Source of the DNA: Alphaproteobacteria bacterium
GTDB taxonomy: Bacteria; Pseudomonadota; Alphaproteobacteria; Caulobacterales; Hyphomonadaceae
Assembly: GCA_018827375.1 (NCBI GenBank)
Contig: JAHJYW010000015.1
Span: 14,047-78,046, forward strand
DNA length: 64,000 bases
Direction of reading: 5' to 3'
Shown here: in pieces, positions 1-7,668 of the stretch
Position numbering within the stretch: the stretch's first letter is position 1
How the letters are laid out: each line of letters begins with the position of its first letter
Translations under genes and position numbers: made by a program
The notes under the pieces: model-generated
Told to the model about the DNA's origin: nothing
Databases searched by the model: none
Seen by the model: only the letters and a program-made list of their open reading frames with translations

Positions 1-330
1 AACGGATGTCCTCTGCGGGGCACGGCGCTTTTCAGACCGCCTCTCCAGGACTACCGCGCGGGGATATATATCCCAATGTCAGCGATCGTATTGCACTCGC
101 TTGGTTTCCTGGGAGATCGGAGCATCCGGTATCCACTCAAGGCCGGGTCCGTATTGCGCCGCGTTGACGGGCGCCGTCTCTGGCGCGACGCGTTTCCCCA
201 ACTGTCACCGGACACCTTGCAGGCAGGGTCATGTGCGACCCATGACATGCCGATTACGTATTGCGAGCTTGACCTGTGCTGACGCTGAGGAGAGACCCCG
301 CCATCAGATTCTGCGGTGTCAGTAGGGTGA

Positions 331-1374
331 TCAGGGCTGTGTCGGAGCGGATGGCACCAGCAGGATCTGTCTGTCGATCTCTTCGATGGCTACGGGCAAC
401 ATGAGAACCAGATTTGCAGCGAAATCCGCAGGCGCATCGGCCTGGAACGTCCCGCTGATGCGTTCAGATGCCAAGCGCGCATCGGGCACGATAATTTTCG
501 TATCGGAATACCGGTTCAGTTCAGCCGCAGCTTCCTCCAGGGTCACATTGTCGAACTGAACGATGCCTTGGCGCCAAGCCGGGCCCGTCGTTATGTCAAC
601 TTGCGAAAGGACCTGGGTGCCATCTGCAGCAATGCTGAGCCGGTCTCCGGGCGCGAGGCGTTTGCCGGGCTGCTGGTCGGGAGCCAAGCGCTCATTGTAT
701 GGCAGGGAGTCTTCTTCAGAGGCTGTTACGTGAACCGATCCTTCGAGGAGTGTGATGGCGACTCCAGATGGCTTGAGATATACCTCAAACGCGGTTCCGA
801 TCGCGCGCGTCCGGCTGGCGCCCGCCTCCACCACGAACGGTACGCCCGTTCTGGCCACCTCGAATAAAGCCTGCCCCCGCTCCAGGCTGACATGGCGTTC
901 GCGCGAAGTGTAGAGAACTGCCATTGCGGTGTCTGTATTGAGCGTGACCACTGATCCGTCGATGAGCGTGACGCTGCGCTGTTCGCCAACGTCGCTGGCA
1001 TAGGTCAAAGGACTGGGCACTTCAGGCGCCCGGAGGTTCAGCAGGAGCGCTGCGCCCAGTGCGAGAACCGCTGCGGCCGTGACCAGCACAGCACCAACTG
1101 TCCGTCGCGAGCGGCGCGGCTTGGCGGGCGCAGGGCTGACATCGGTCGCGGCAGTGCCCGTCCTGAGCGAACGATCGATGATCGGCACGCTTGCCTCGAT
1201 TTGCCGGAAGGCGGCCGCATTGCGGGGATCGCGCTCCCAGACGCGAAAAGCATCCCAGGTAGCAAGGTCCACATCGGGTGCCTGGAGATCGCCATACCAA
1301 AGCGCAGCGGCTTCAAGCCGGCCGGTTTCCTCGTCATTTTCGTTCATCACGCGGGGTTCACTTAGCCCTGTCAT
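331..1374 (-). CDS. FecR-family anti-sigma factor / transmembrane sensor
   Basis: N-terminal AAALW..DL..W..DPRNAAAF motif, one TM helix, FecR core (GEQRSVTLIDGSVVTLNT, LERGQALFEV, AIGTAFEV), C-terminal AWRQG..F.NVTL..AAAELNRY. Confidence 0.92.
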   Translation of the reverse strand: MTGLSEPRVMNENDEETGRLEAAALWYGDLQAPDVDLATWDAFRVWERDPRNAAAFRQIEASVPIIDRSLRTGTAATDVSPAPAKPRRSRRTVGAVLVTAAAVLALGAALLLNLRAPEVPSPLTYASDVGEQRSVTLIDGSVVTLNTDTAMAVLYTSRERHVSLERGQALFEVARTGVPFVVEAGASRTRAIGTAFEVYLKPSGVAITLLEGSVHVTASEEDSLPYNERLAPDQQPGKRLAPGDRLSIAADGTQVLSQVDITTGPAWRQGIVQFDNVTLEEAAAELNRYSDTKIIVPDARLASERISGTFQADAPADFAANLVLMLPVAIEEIDRQILLVPSAPTQP

Positions 1375-1984
1375 TGCGCGGGAGGCCGGATTTCAAAAGG
1401 GCTTTCGAAACGGCTCCCAAGGCATTGGCTATATCACTCCTTACAGTGCGTGGCGATACGCCGAGACGCTCGGCAATGGCATTGTGTGTCAGGCCCTCGA
1501 GCCGGTGGAGTTCGAGCGCCTCTCTCTGGCGCGGTTTCAGCTTGGCAAGGGCGGCCTGCGCGACGACCAGGATTTGACTATCCATCAGCTGCTGCTCCGG
1601 GCTTAGGGTTCTGCGACAGGCGAGCCGCTCTTCCTCATCGCCGATATCGGTACTTTGGCGGCGGTGTTTGACATAACCTGATTTGAGGTAGTCGCGGGTC
1701 AGGTTGCGCAGGATCGTGTAAAGAAGAGGGCGCAACTCTTCCGCCGGCTTGTCTGCATAGGCGCGTTTGGCAGAGATGAAGGCTTCCTGGACCAAATCTT
1801 CAGCATCGGCCGCGCCTATGCGCAAGCGGGCGAAACGAAGGAGTTCGGTATGGAGCGACCGGTACATTTGCGCGAGCCCGGGAGAAGCGCCTGAGGCTGT
1901 TCCGATCGATAATTCCGGAGCCTGTAGCGCCATCGACAAAGAGTGGATTTCAATTTTTTCCACTGAGTCCGAACCTCCAGCCAA
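1358..1984 (-). CDS. ECF RNA polymerase sigma factor (FecI-like); true start uncertain, possibly GTG at 1963
   Basis: Region 2 (LLRFARLR..ADAEDLVQEAF) and region 4 (L.PRQREALELHRLEGLTHNAIAERLGVSPRTV); overlaps fecR start. Confidence 0.92.
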   Translation of the reverse strand: MAGGSDSVEKIEIHSLSMALQAPELSIGTASGASPGLAQMYRSLHTELLRFARLRIGAADAEDLVQEAFISAKRAYADKPAEELRPLLYTILRNLTRDYLKSGYVKHRRQSTDIGDEEERLACRRTLSPEQQLMDSQILVVAQAALAKLKPRQREALELHRLEGLTHNAIAERLGVSPRTVRSDIANALGAVSKALLKSGLPRNDRAK

Positions 1985-2051
1985 ACGCGGACTATAAGTT
2001 TTCCGATAACTTCAACGTATAGTTTAAGTTCAGTTTATTTTCCAGCGAAAA

Positions 2052-2069
2052 CATAAAGTCGACTTTATG
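2052..2069. promoter_or_regulatory. Perfect 18-bp palindrome CATAAAGTCGACTTTATG upstream of XRE1 (candidate operator)
   Basis: Read directly from the sequence; 31 bp upstream of ATG 2101, in the divergent sigma/XRE1 intergenic region. Confidence 0.6.
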
Positions 2070-2100
2070 GTATTCTGCTTTCCACAAGCCAACTTGGGGC

Positions 2101-2445
2101 ATGGACAATGCGCGAAGAGAGCAGATTGCCGCCGCCATCCGAGCGGCGCGGCGCGCCAGGGGCTTAACCCAGGAAAATTTGGCCGAGCGTATCAATCGAA
2201 CGTCTGCGAGCCTGAGCAATCTCGAACGCGCCCACGCCCTCCCCTCGCTTGATACCCTGATCCTTATCGCCGAAGCGCTGGATGTTCCGATAGACGCGCT
2301 TGTGCAAGGTCCGGCGCCGGGCCGGAAGTCACGGTCAAGGATCCGGGAAGAAAATGAGGTCATCGACCGCATTCGATCACTTTCAACAGAACACCTCAGG
2401 ATCGCTCGCATACAGATCGAGGCACTCGGCTCAATGAAGAAGTGA
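2101..2445 (+). CDS. XRE-family HTH transcriptional regulator (XRE1)
   Basis: IRAARRARGLTQENLAERINRTSASLSNLERAHALPSLDTLILIAEALDV is a canonical HTH_3. Confidence 0.9.
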   Translation: MDNARREQIAAAIRAARRARGLTQENLAERINRTSASLSNLERAHALPSLDTLILIAEALDVPIDALVQGPAPGRKSRSRIREENEVIDRIRSLSTEHLRIARIQIEALGSMKK

Positions 2446-2480
2446 CGATCAGAACTTCTCAAAAACCAGTCGGATATGTG
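2431..2480 (+). repeat. 50-bp direct repeat, copy 1 (contains last codons and stop of XRE1)
   Basis: TCAATGAAGAAGTGACGATCAGAACTTCTCAAAAACCAGTCGGATATGTG; 46/50 identical to 3198-3247. Confidence 0.9.
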
Positions 2481-2732
2481 CCGCTGTGCGCTGAAGGATT
2501 CGATCATTCGGATCCAGCTTGGCACGACTGATCGGATCCAGATACGAGGATGATCCAATACAGCGCTCTTGTGAGACGGGTATCCGCCGGCTCCGTCAGA
2601 GTTTCCGGAAGCCTTCAGCTCATGTCGGGAAAATTCTCGATACGCGTCAGACACTCTGTTTCCTCTAGCCCACAGGCCGCTGGCTTTGACACTGTTATCC
2701 GCACTGAACGATTTCAGTTCTCAATTTCTATT

Positions 2733-2781
2733 ATGTAAACTTCTTATTCTCATTATTGAGAATGTAAAGTTCTCATTTCTC
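2733..2781. promoter_or_regulatory. Tandem operator-like repeats upstream of XRE2
   Basis: ATGTAAA(C/G)TTCT(T/C)ATT at 2733 and 2762 (29-bp period), plus inverted repeat ATTCTCA-TTAT-TGAGAAT at 2746-2763. Confidence 0.5.
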
Positions 2782-2829
2782 GATATGCACAACGATTACG
2801 CCTTTCTTGTAGTGGGAAAGAGGCGCTGC

Positions 2830-3156
2830 ATGGAACTTCAGAAGATCTTAGGCGCAAACGTTCGACACCATCGTAAATCGATAGGCTGGACGCTGGAACA
2901 TCTCGCCGGTGAAGTTGGTGTTTCGCGCGAAACAATCGGCAAGATCGAACGCGGCATTTCGGCTCCTCTATTTGAAACAGTAGAAAAGATTGCGAGTGCG
3001 CTTGGTGTGTCACCGCAACTATTATTTGGTGCTGCTTCCTATCCACCGGGCGAACGGGGCCGACTACTCTCAGAAATAAACAGCATTCTCGCAAATCTGA
3101 ATGAGAAACAATTGTCTCGGGCGCAAAGGCTGTTGGATACACTCAGAGGATCCTAG
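2830..3156 (+). CDS. XRE-family HTH regulator (XRE2), controller-protein-like
   Basis: MELQKILGANVRHHRKSIGWTLEHLAGEVGVSRETIGKIERGISAPLFETVEKIASALGV; GGAAAGAGG RBS upstream. Confidence 0.9.
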   Translation: MELQKILGANVRHHRKSIGWTLEHLAGEVGVSRETIGKIERGISAPLFETVEKIASALGVSPQLLFGAASYPPGERGRLLSEINSILANLNEKQLSRAQRLLDTLRGS

Positions 3157-3197
3157 ACGGATTGGTTCGCGGTTCCAGCGAATTGATATCGAACCTT

Positions 3198-3247
3198 TCA
3201 ATGAAGAAGTGACGATCAGAATTTCTCAAAAGCCAGTCGGTTATATG
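3198..3247 (+). repeat. 50-bp direct repeat, copy 2
   Basis: TCAATGAAGAAGTGACGATCAGAATTTCTCAAAAGCCAGTCGGTTATATG; lies 767 bp after copy 1. Confidence 0.9.
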
Positions 3248-3573
3248 ATGTTCTTCTGCCCGTCCCGGAAAGAGATTGGCCGAGGAAAACACTCTCAAAG
3301 CACACAGAATCTGGTACCGGAAAGCACGAAAAATCTGACGCGTGAATGTTGGTCGCAGATCTGAATTTGAGTAAAGCCCGGCACTCGTTGGATAAGTTGG
3401 ACCCGAAATCTCTGGTTTTCCTTCGTGTTCGCTCCAGACCGAATTAATCGGTGCCGCTGCACTTGGTGCATTACGAAAGGTCACCTCACGTCTCATTGGC
3501 TTTGATCCCCTGCCTGCCGCAACTCTTTGTAATCCTAAAATGGGTTTATCCGACATTGGGATTACGAATGCAA

Positions 3574-3587
3574 CAAGTTTTTACTTG
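3574..3587. promoter_or_regulatory. Inverted repeat CAAGT-TTTT-ACTTG abutting the RBS of XRE3
   Basis: Seen directly, immediately followed by the GAGG RBS and GTG start. Confidence 0.45.
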
Positions 3588-3595
3588 AGGCTGAC

Positions 3596-3835
3596 GTGAC
3601 CAAATCCCTGAGAACAAGAGCGCACCGGGTTCTGCTCGAAGAACTGAAGGCCGCGCGACATAGCGCCGGTCTTTCCCAACAGGCAGTGGCTGACATCCTC
3701 GATGTGCCACAGTCTTATGTGGCCAAAGTCGAATTGGGTGAACGTCGCCTTGATGTGATAGAGTTCTTGAAACTTGTCGAAGCAATAAGTGGATCGTGGG
3801 GAAAAATACTGGAGAAAGTTTCTTCCACAAAATAA
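3596..3835 (+). CDS. Small XRE-family HTH regulator (XRE3)
   Basis: LKAARHSAGLSQQAVADILDVPQSYVAKVELGERRLDVIEF. Confidence 0.88.
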   Translation: MTKSLRTRAHRVLLEELKAARHSAGLSQQAVADILDVPQSYVAKVELGERRLDVIEFLKLVEAISGSWGKILEKVSSTK

Positions 3836-4206
3836 CTACAATGGGCCGGCGGCGGACTATGCTATTCGAGCGCCCCTGCACTGTTCAGCCACCCCTATAG
3901 TCAGGCCGTGTCCGCAAAAAACTCAATATACCGGGCATGCGCCACGCTTAAACCCGTGAGCGGACAATGACAGAGATGCGTTCGGGTTTGACGCCGCTTC
4001 CCAATAGGAGCCTGTATCTAGGACGTGCTCATCCGCGCGACGATAAACTGCCCTCCTCGACGCCATAACGCGCTCTTAGGCGGTACCCATCCCGCCCCGG
4101 TACGGTCTAGCCAGGCGGAAGATGGCCATGCATTTCGGTTGCATTTTATTTCTTCTTTTGGTTGTATTTCCGGCGCTACCACAGGGCATGGTGGGGAGGC
4201 GGGATC

Positions 4207-5127
4207 ATGCAAATACGTCACATCAAATCCTTCAGCGATATCCTGCAGCGCTACGACGATACAATAGGCCTATCAACGAGCGACTGGGCCTGGGAATTCC
4301 TGAGACGCAACGATCGATTCCAGTCCAATGCTCGGAGCGATACACCCGCGATATCCGGAGATTTAACAGGCGAGGCTCAGCACGTCAGACTTGCCCGGCG
4401 AAACCGGCTGGCCGAGACCTGGGGACTTCTCACGTTTCCTGACATCAATCTTCCGGCAAGCCGGACAAATGTCTTCTGGTCGGATCGCGCCTGTCCCGGA
4501 AAGGTTGCCCTCTTCGGCCGCGAGCGCGCGACCGACGAGCCAGATGGATTGTTCGACCTTGCGGTTCAACAGTGCAAGGTGACCCACCTGACCGATGGAG
4601 CTGGCCAGGCTCATCTCCTTCTGCGGGGCAGCGGATGCGTCCTGCAGGTACGCTATCGCGGCCTATCTTTCCGCTCCGGAGCGACGGACACGAAGTTTGA
4701 CGTGTCGCTGTCCTCCGTACACCGCCCCGGGGCCGAGGCGCGCGCGTTCGCCCAGGCCCGAAGGCTGCTCGGCGAAGCTGGTACACCTGTCTGGACGCGC
4801 CGCCATGTCCTATTTCGCAATGCGCTCGTGGCACTCGAGGCGCACGAAAGCGGTCTATGCTACCGCCAGACCGCCATGATTTTTTACAATGAGGCGCGCG
4901 TGACCCAGGCTTGGAATAGCGGCTCGACCGCGATGAAATCAGAAATGGCGCGGCGCCTCGCCAAAGGCCGACAGTTGCGCGATGGCGGATATTTTGAACT
5001 TCTGTCTTATGGCAGCGCTCGTCGGCCAGGCTTGTCTCCCACTCACCCCGCAGGGCATGTTGACGGGTCATCTGCTAGAGGGCCCCTTCCCCATGCACGT
5101 TCAGATCGTGTCGCTGCAACCGAATAA
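4207..5127 (+). CDS. fseA: FseA-like ICE transfer activator (DUF6499-DUF2285 in-frame fusion)
   Basis: Hallmark DWAWEFLRRN, W-G-L junction motif (AETWGLLTFPD), C-terminal DUF2285-type HTH ending LRDGGYFELL; GGAGG RBS before ATG 4207. Confidence 0.82.
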   Translation: MQIRHIKSFSDILQRYDDTIGLSTSDWAWEFLRRNDRFQSNARSDTPAISGDLTGEAQHVRLARRNRLAETWGLLTFPDINLPASRTNVFWSDRACPGKVALFGRERATDEPDGLFDLAVQQCKVTHLTDGAGQAHLLLRGSGCVLQVRYRGLSFRSGATDTKFDVSLSSVHRPGAEARAFAQARRLLGEAGTPVWTRRHVLFRNALVALEAHESGLCYRQTAMIFYNEARVTQAWNSGSTAMKSEMARRLAKGRQLRDGGYFELLSYGSARRPGLSPTHPAGHVDGSSARGPLPHARSDRVAATE

Positions 5128-5152
5128 CCAGCGGCCGGCATCGGGGATTTGA

Positions 5153-5515
5153 CTAATCGCACAAGGCCTTGAGCACCCTGACGACCCTGTCCATCTCAGC
5201 GTCAGGTATTCGGGAGATGATATGGACCGCTTGCCTGCGCGCGCGCGACGCCGGGGTTTCCAACGGTGCCTGAGCGCTCTCAAAGAATACAGCAAGCGAC
5301 ACTCCGAGCTCAGAAGCGATCGAATACAGCAAGCCCGCCGAGATCCTGTTCTTTCCCTGCTCGTATTTCTGAAGCTGCTGATGGGACAAGCCAAGCCGTC
5401 CGGCGAGTTCGACAAGTGTCAGCCCCGCTGCCCGGCGTGCAACCTTCAGCCGCGCGCTGACCCTGAGATCCATCTCGCTGGGAGCTCGGAACGCTTTTGG
5501 CTTATCATCGGTCAT
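5153..5515 (-). CDS. XRE-family HTH regulator (XRE4)
   Basis: RLKVARRAAGLTLVELAGRLGLSHQQLQKYEQGKNRISAGLL..IASELGV. Confidence 0.92.
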   Translation of the reverse strand: MTDDKPKAFRAPSEMDLRVSARLKVARRAAGLTLVELAGRLGLSHQQLQKYEQGKNRISAGLLYSIASELGVSLAVFFESAQAPLETPASRARRQAVHIISRIPDAEMDRVVRVLKALCD

Positions 5516-5537
5516 CTCGGCGCGGTCTCTCGTGTCA

Positions 5538-5552
5538 CGGATAGGCTATCCG
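5538..5552. promoter_or_regulatory. Palindrome CGGATAG-G-CTATCCG upstream of XRE4 (candidate operator)
   Basis: 7-1-7 inverted repeat 22 bp upstream of the XRE4 start; further ATCCG/CGGAT half-sites near 5592, 5616 and 5632. Confidence 0.5.
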
Positions 5553-5781
5553 CAAGGACAGCCTCCGCTCACTCAACGACATAGCGCGCGTATCCGGCAG
5601 GAAATTTTTAATAGTCGGATGCGTCAGTCGCCATCCGTGGACGCTGGCGATTATACGGCGGCCGAACGGGATAAAGTGTTCGCGCCAGTCACATCAGCAA
5701 CAGGCCTCTTCAACCCAACCGAGACAAAGGAAGCGAAGTGCCCTGCTGTGCCTCTCACAAGCTACGGCGAGGGAGGCAGAC

Positions 5782-6003
5782 ATGCGAATCAAAATGTGGA
5801 GTTTCGACAACGTTCTGATTGACCTGGAGGACCGAGACGTATCGGTGAAGGCCGTTCACGCGCTCAACGGCACCGAAATTACAGTCGCGTTCAGGTTGGG
5901 CGAGAAACAGGTCAGAGGTGAGGCCGGCGAATTGCGAAAGCGAATCGAGATCCTCGCGGCAGACCGCCTGCTTGACCTGGCGTCCTTTCTCGACAGTTTC
6001 TGA
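5782..6003 (+). CDS. Hypothetical 73-aa protein divergent from XRE4
   Basis: Strong GAGGGAGG RBS, protein-like beta/alpha composition, no recognised family. Confidence 0.6.
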   Translation: MRIKMWSFDNVLIDLEDRDVSVKAVHALNGTEITVAFRLGEKQVRGEAGELRKRIEILAADRLLDLASFLDSF

Positions 6004-6342
6004 ATGGCGTCCGGGCGGCGCTCGGACCTGCCGGCACAACACCCACATGCGACCAATCCATAATACCAATGATCCGCCGCCCAAACGGTTGGCCCTATCC
6101 GGATCACGCATATCCAATTGCGCAGCCAGGTCGAAAGTCCGAGAGGCTCAAGCCTGATATCACACCACGCTTAGTCCCTGCTCGACACGTGCCGTTTTGG
6201 ACCTGGCCCGGCGCGGCCCGGGCGGGGCAGAAAAAGTCTTAACGCCTGTAACGGAAAGACGGGGATCTAGAGCGTGACTCCCCGCGCTTTGCCTTGTGCG
6301 GCTTTCTTCAGGCACGGCCTTCCCGAAGGGGTTGGGAATGGC

Positions 6343-6579
6343 ATGACCGGAAAGCGCGCCACAATGCACACCAGCCGTCCTGTTGAGTCTCCGTTCCTGA
6401 CGACGCGCGAAGCTGCCAACTATCTTCGCGTGTCGGAGCGAACGCTTCAGAACTGGCGCTATGCGAACCTCGGTCCGATCTATCGCAAACATGTCGGTAT
6501 CGTCGTCTACCATGTCGACGACCTGCTGAGATTCTCGGAGTCCGGCCACCGACCGGGCAAGGCACACTATGACACCTAA
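6343..6579 (+). CDS. rdfS: RdfS/AlpA-like excisionase (HTH_17)
   Basis: SPFLTTREAANYLRVSERTLQNWR...GP.YRK.G..VVYHVDDL; first gene of the transfer-initiation operon. Confidence 0.8.
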   Translation: MTGKRATMHTSRPVESPFLTTREAANYLRVSERTLQNWRYANLGPIYRKHVGIVVYHVDDLLRFSESGHRPGKAHYDT

Positions 6580-7003
6580 TATGACACGCGTGTCCCTGCG
6601 CCAGGAAGATACGGGTCTGTCCACACGTCTTCTCTTTGGCAATCCATCCTCCACGTATGATATTCGCCCTGGCGTCTCGATCGCGGCCTTCCAACAGGAT
6701 GCCGTCTTTGGATACGAGCGCAGGCGATCCAATTACCGATCTGTGGACGGATGGCAGATATTCATTCTCAAAGCAGCCGGCCCGGGAGACTTGGCGAGCA
6801 GGATCCGCGGGATCCAGCCGGGCGCGGAAATCCTGCTGTCTGCGCTCAATCACTTTCATGCGCGCCGCGCAACGCACGCCCTTGACCTCGTCTGGCAGCA
6901 TACCGAGCCTCACACGATATCCACGTCGTTCTGGCTGCGCTTCTTCACACAACTGCAGGCCGGACTCGACACCTCGGACCTGCTGAGGCGCCAGGTCTGG
7001 TGA
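6569..7003 (+). CDS. DUF2840 family protein
   Basis: Position between rdfS and traF; motifs LLFG.P, F..DAVFGY.R..SN, ILKA..PG, I.PGAEILL. Confidence 0.7.
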   Translation: MTPNMTRVSLRQEDTGLSTRLLFGNPSSTYDIRPGVSIAAFQQDAVFGYERRRSNYRSVDGWQIFILKAAGPGDLASRIRGIQPGAEILLSALNHFHARRATHALDLVWQHTEPHTISTSFWLRFFTQLQAGLDTSDLLRRQVW

Positions 7004-7668
7004 TGCTGACAAAACGCCCGCCCGCGCTATACCTCACCCTCATCGGGATTGGTACCCTCTGGATCGGAAGCGTCATCCGTCCGGACCCTTTCCTCTTCTA
7101 TAATCCAAGCGCAAGTGCGCCAGTCGGCTGGTACAGGATCCTGCCCGAAAGACCCGTGGCGCGCGGAGATCTCGTCGCAGCCAGACTACCCGAAGCAGCG
7201 GGGATCCTCGCCTCTGCTCGCGGATACCTGCCCGGCGACATACCGGTAATAAAGACGGTATGGGCCGTCCCGGGTGATCTGATCTGCATGGACGACACGA
7301 GCCTTGAGGTCACCGACAGGCCACCTCTTGCGCTTCGCCACCAGGATCTGTCCGGTCGTGCCCTGACGCCCTGGCGACAGGGCTGCACCCGGCTTCGACC
7401 GGACGAAGTCCTTATCATCTCCAACAGGACCGCGGACTCTTTCGACGGCCGGTATTTCGGTCCGGTGCGGACAGGTGACATTATCGGCAGGGTCGCCTTC
7501 ATGGGAAATCTCCCCATCACGATGCCGCCCGCCTGCGCCAGACAGGACATATGCTCGCATCAAATCAGGTCGCTTCTGGCTTATCCGCTCCTACTGATAA
7601 AGCGGGCGGGAAGCACGCGTGCAACGCGTCCATCTCGCACCTGGCGCAATGCGCGCGACGCCGGATAA
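7000..7668 (+). CDS. traF: TraF, S26-family conjugal pilin-processing peptidase (C-terminally extended)
   Basis: YNPSASAPVGWY, GYLP..IPVIK.V.A.PGD.IC, DSFDGRYFGPV. Confidence 0.88.
   Translation: MMLTKRPPALYLTLIGIGTLWIGSVIRPDPFLFYNPSASAPVGWYRILPERPVARGDLVAARLPEAAGILASARGYLPGDIPVIKTVWAVPGDLICMDDTSLEVTDRPPLALRHQDLSGRALTPWRQGCTRLRPDEVLIISNRTADSFDGRYFGPVRTGDIIGRVAFMGNLPITMPPACARQDICSHQIRSLLAYPLLLIKRAGSTRATRPSRTWRNARDAG

Noticed and set aside
2746-2776. Fur-box resemblance (TGAGAAT half-sites) near the fecIR pair
   Set aside because: Half-site spacing and orientation do not fit a 7-1-7 Fur box, and the site is upstream of XRE2, not the sigma gene.
1990-3902. C-box-like strings (GACTATAAGTT at 1990-2000; GACTAT at 3855 and ATAGTC at 3897)
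   Set aside because: Short, not arranged as paired boxes, and no restriction-modification genes nearby; may be chance.
3908-3966. GTGTCCGCA and inverted GCGGACA matching the arm-like repeat at 21456
   Set aside because: 7-9-bp GC-rich matches far from any att site are expected by chance.
6150-6342. FseA-binding inverted repeat upstream of rdfS
   Set aside because: Only GC-rich hairpins were seen (e.g. GCCCGG-N6-CCGGGC); I could not find a convincing long-spacer inverted repeat by eye.
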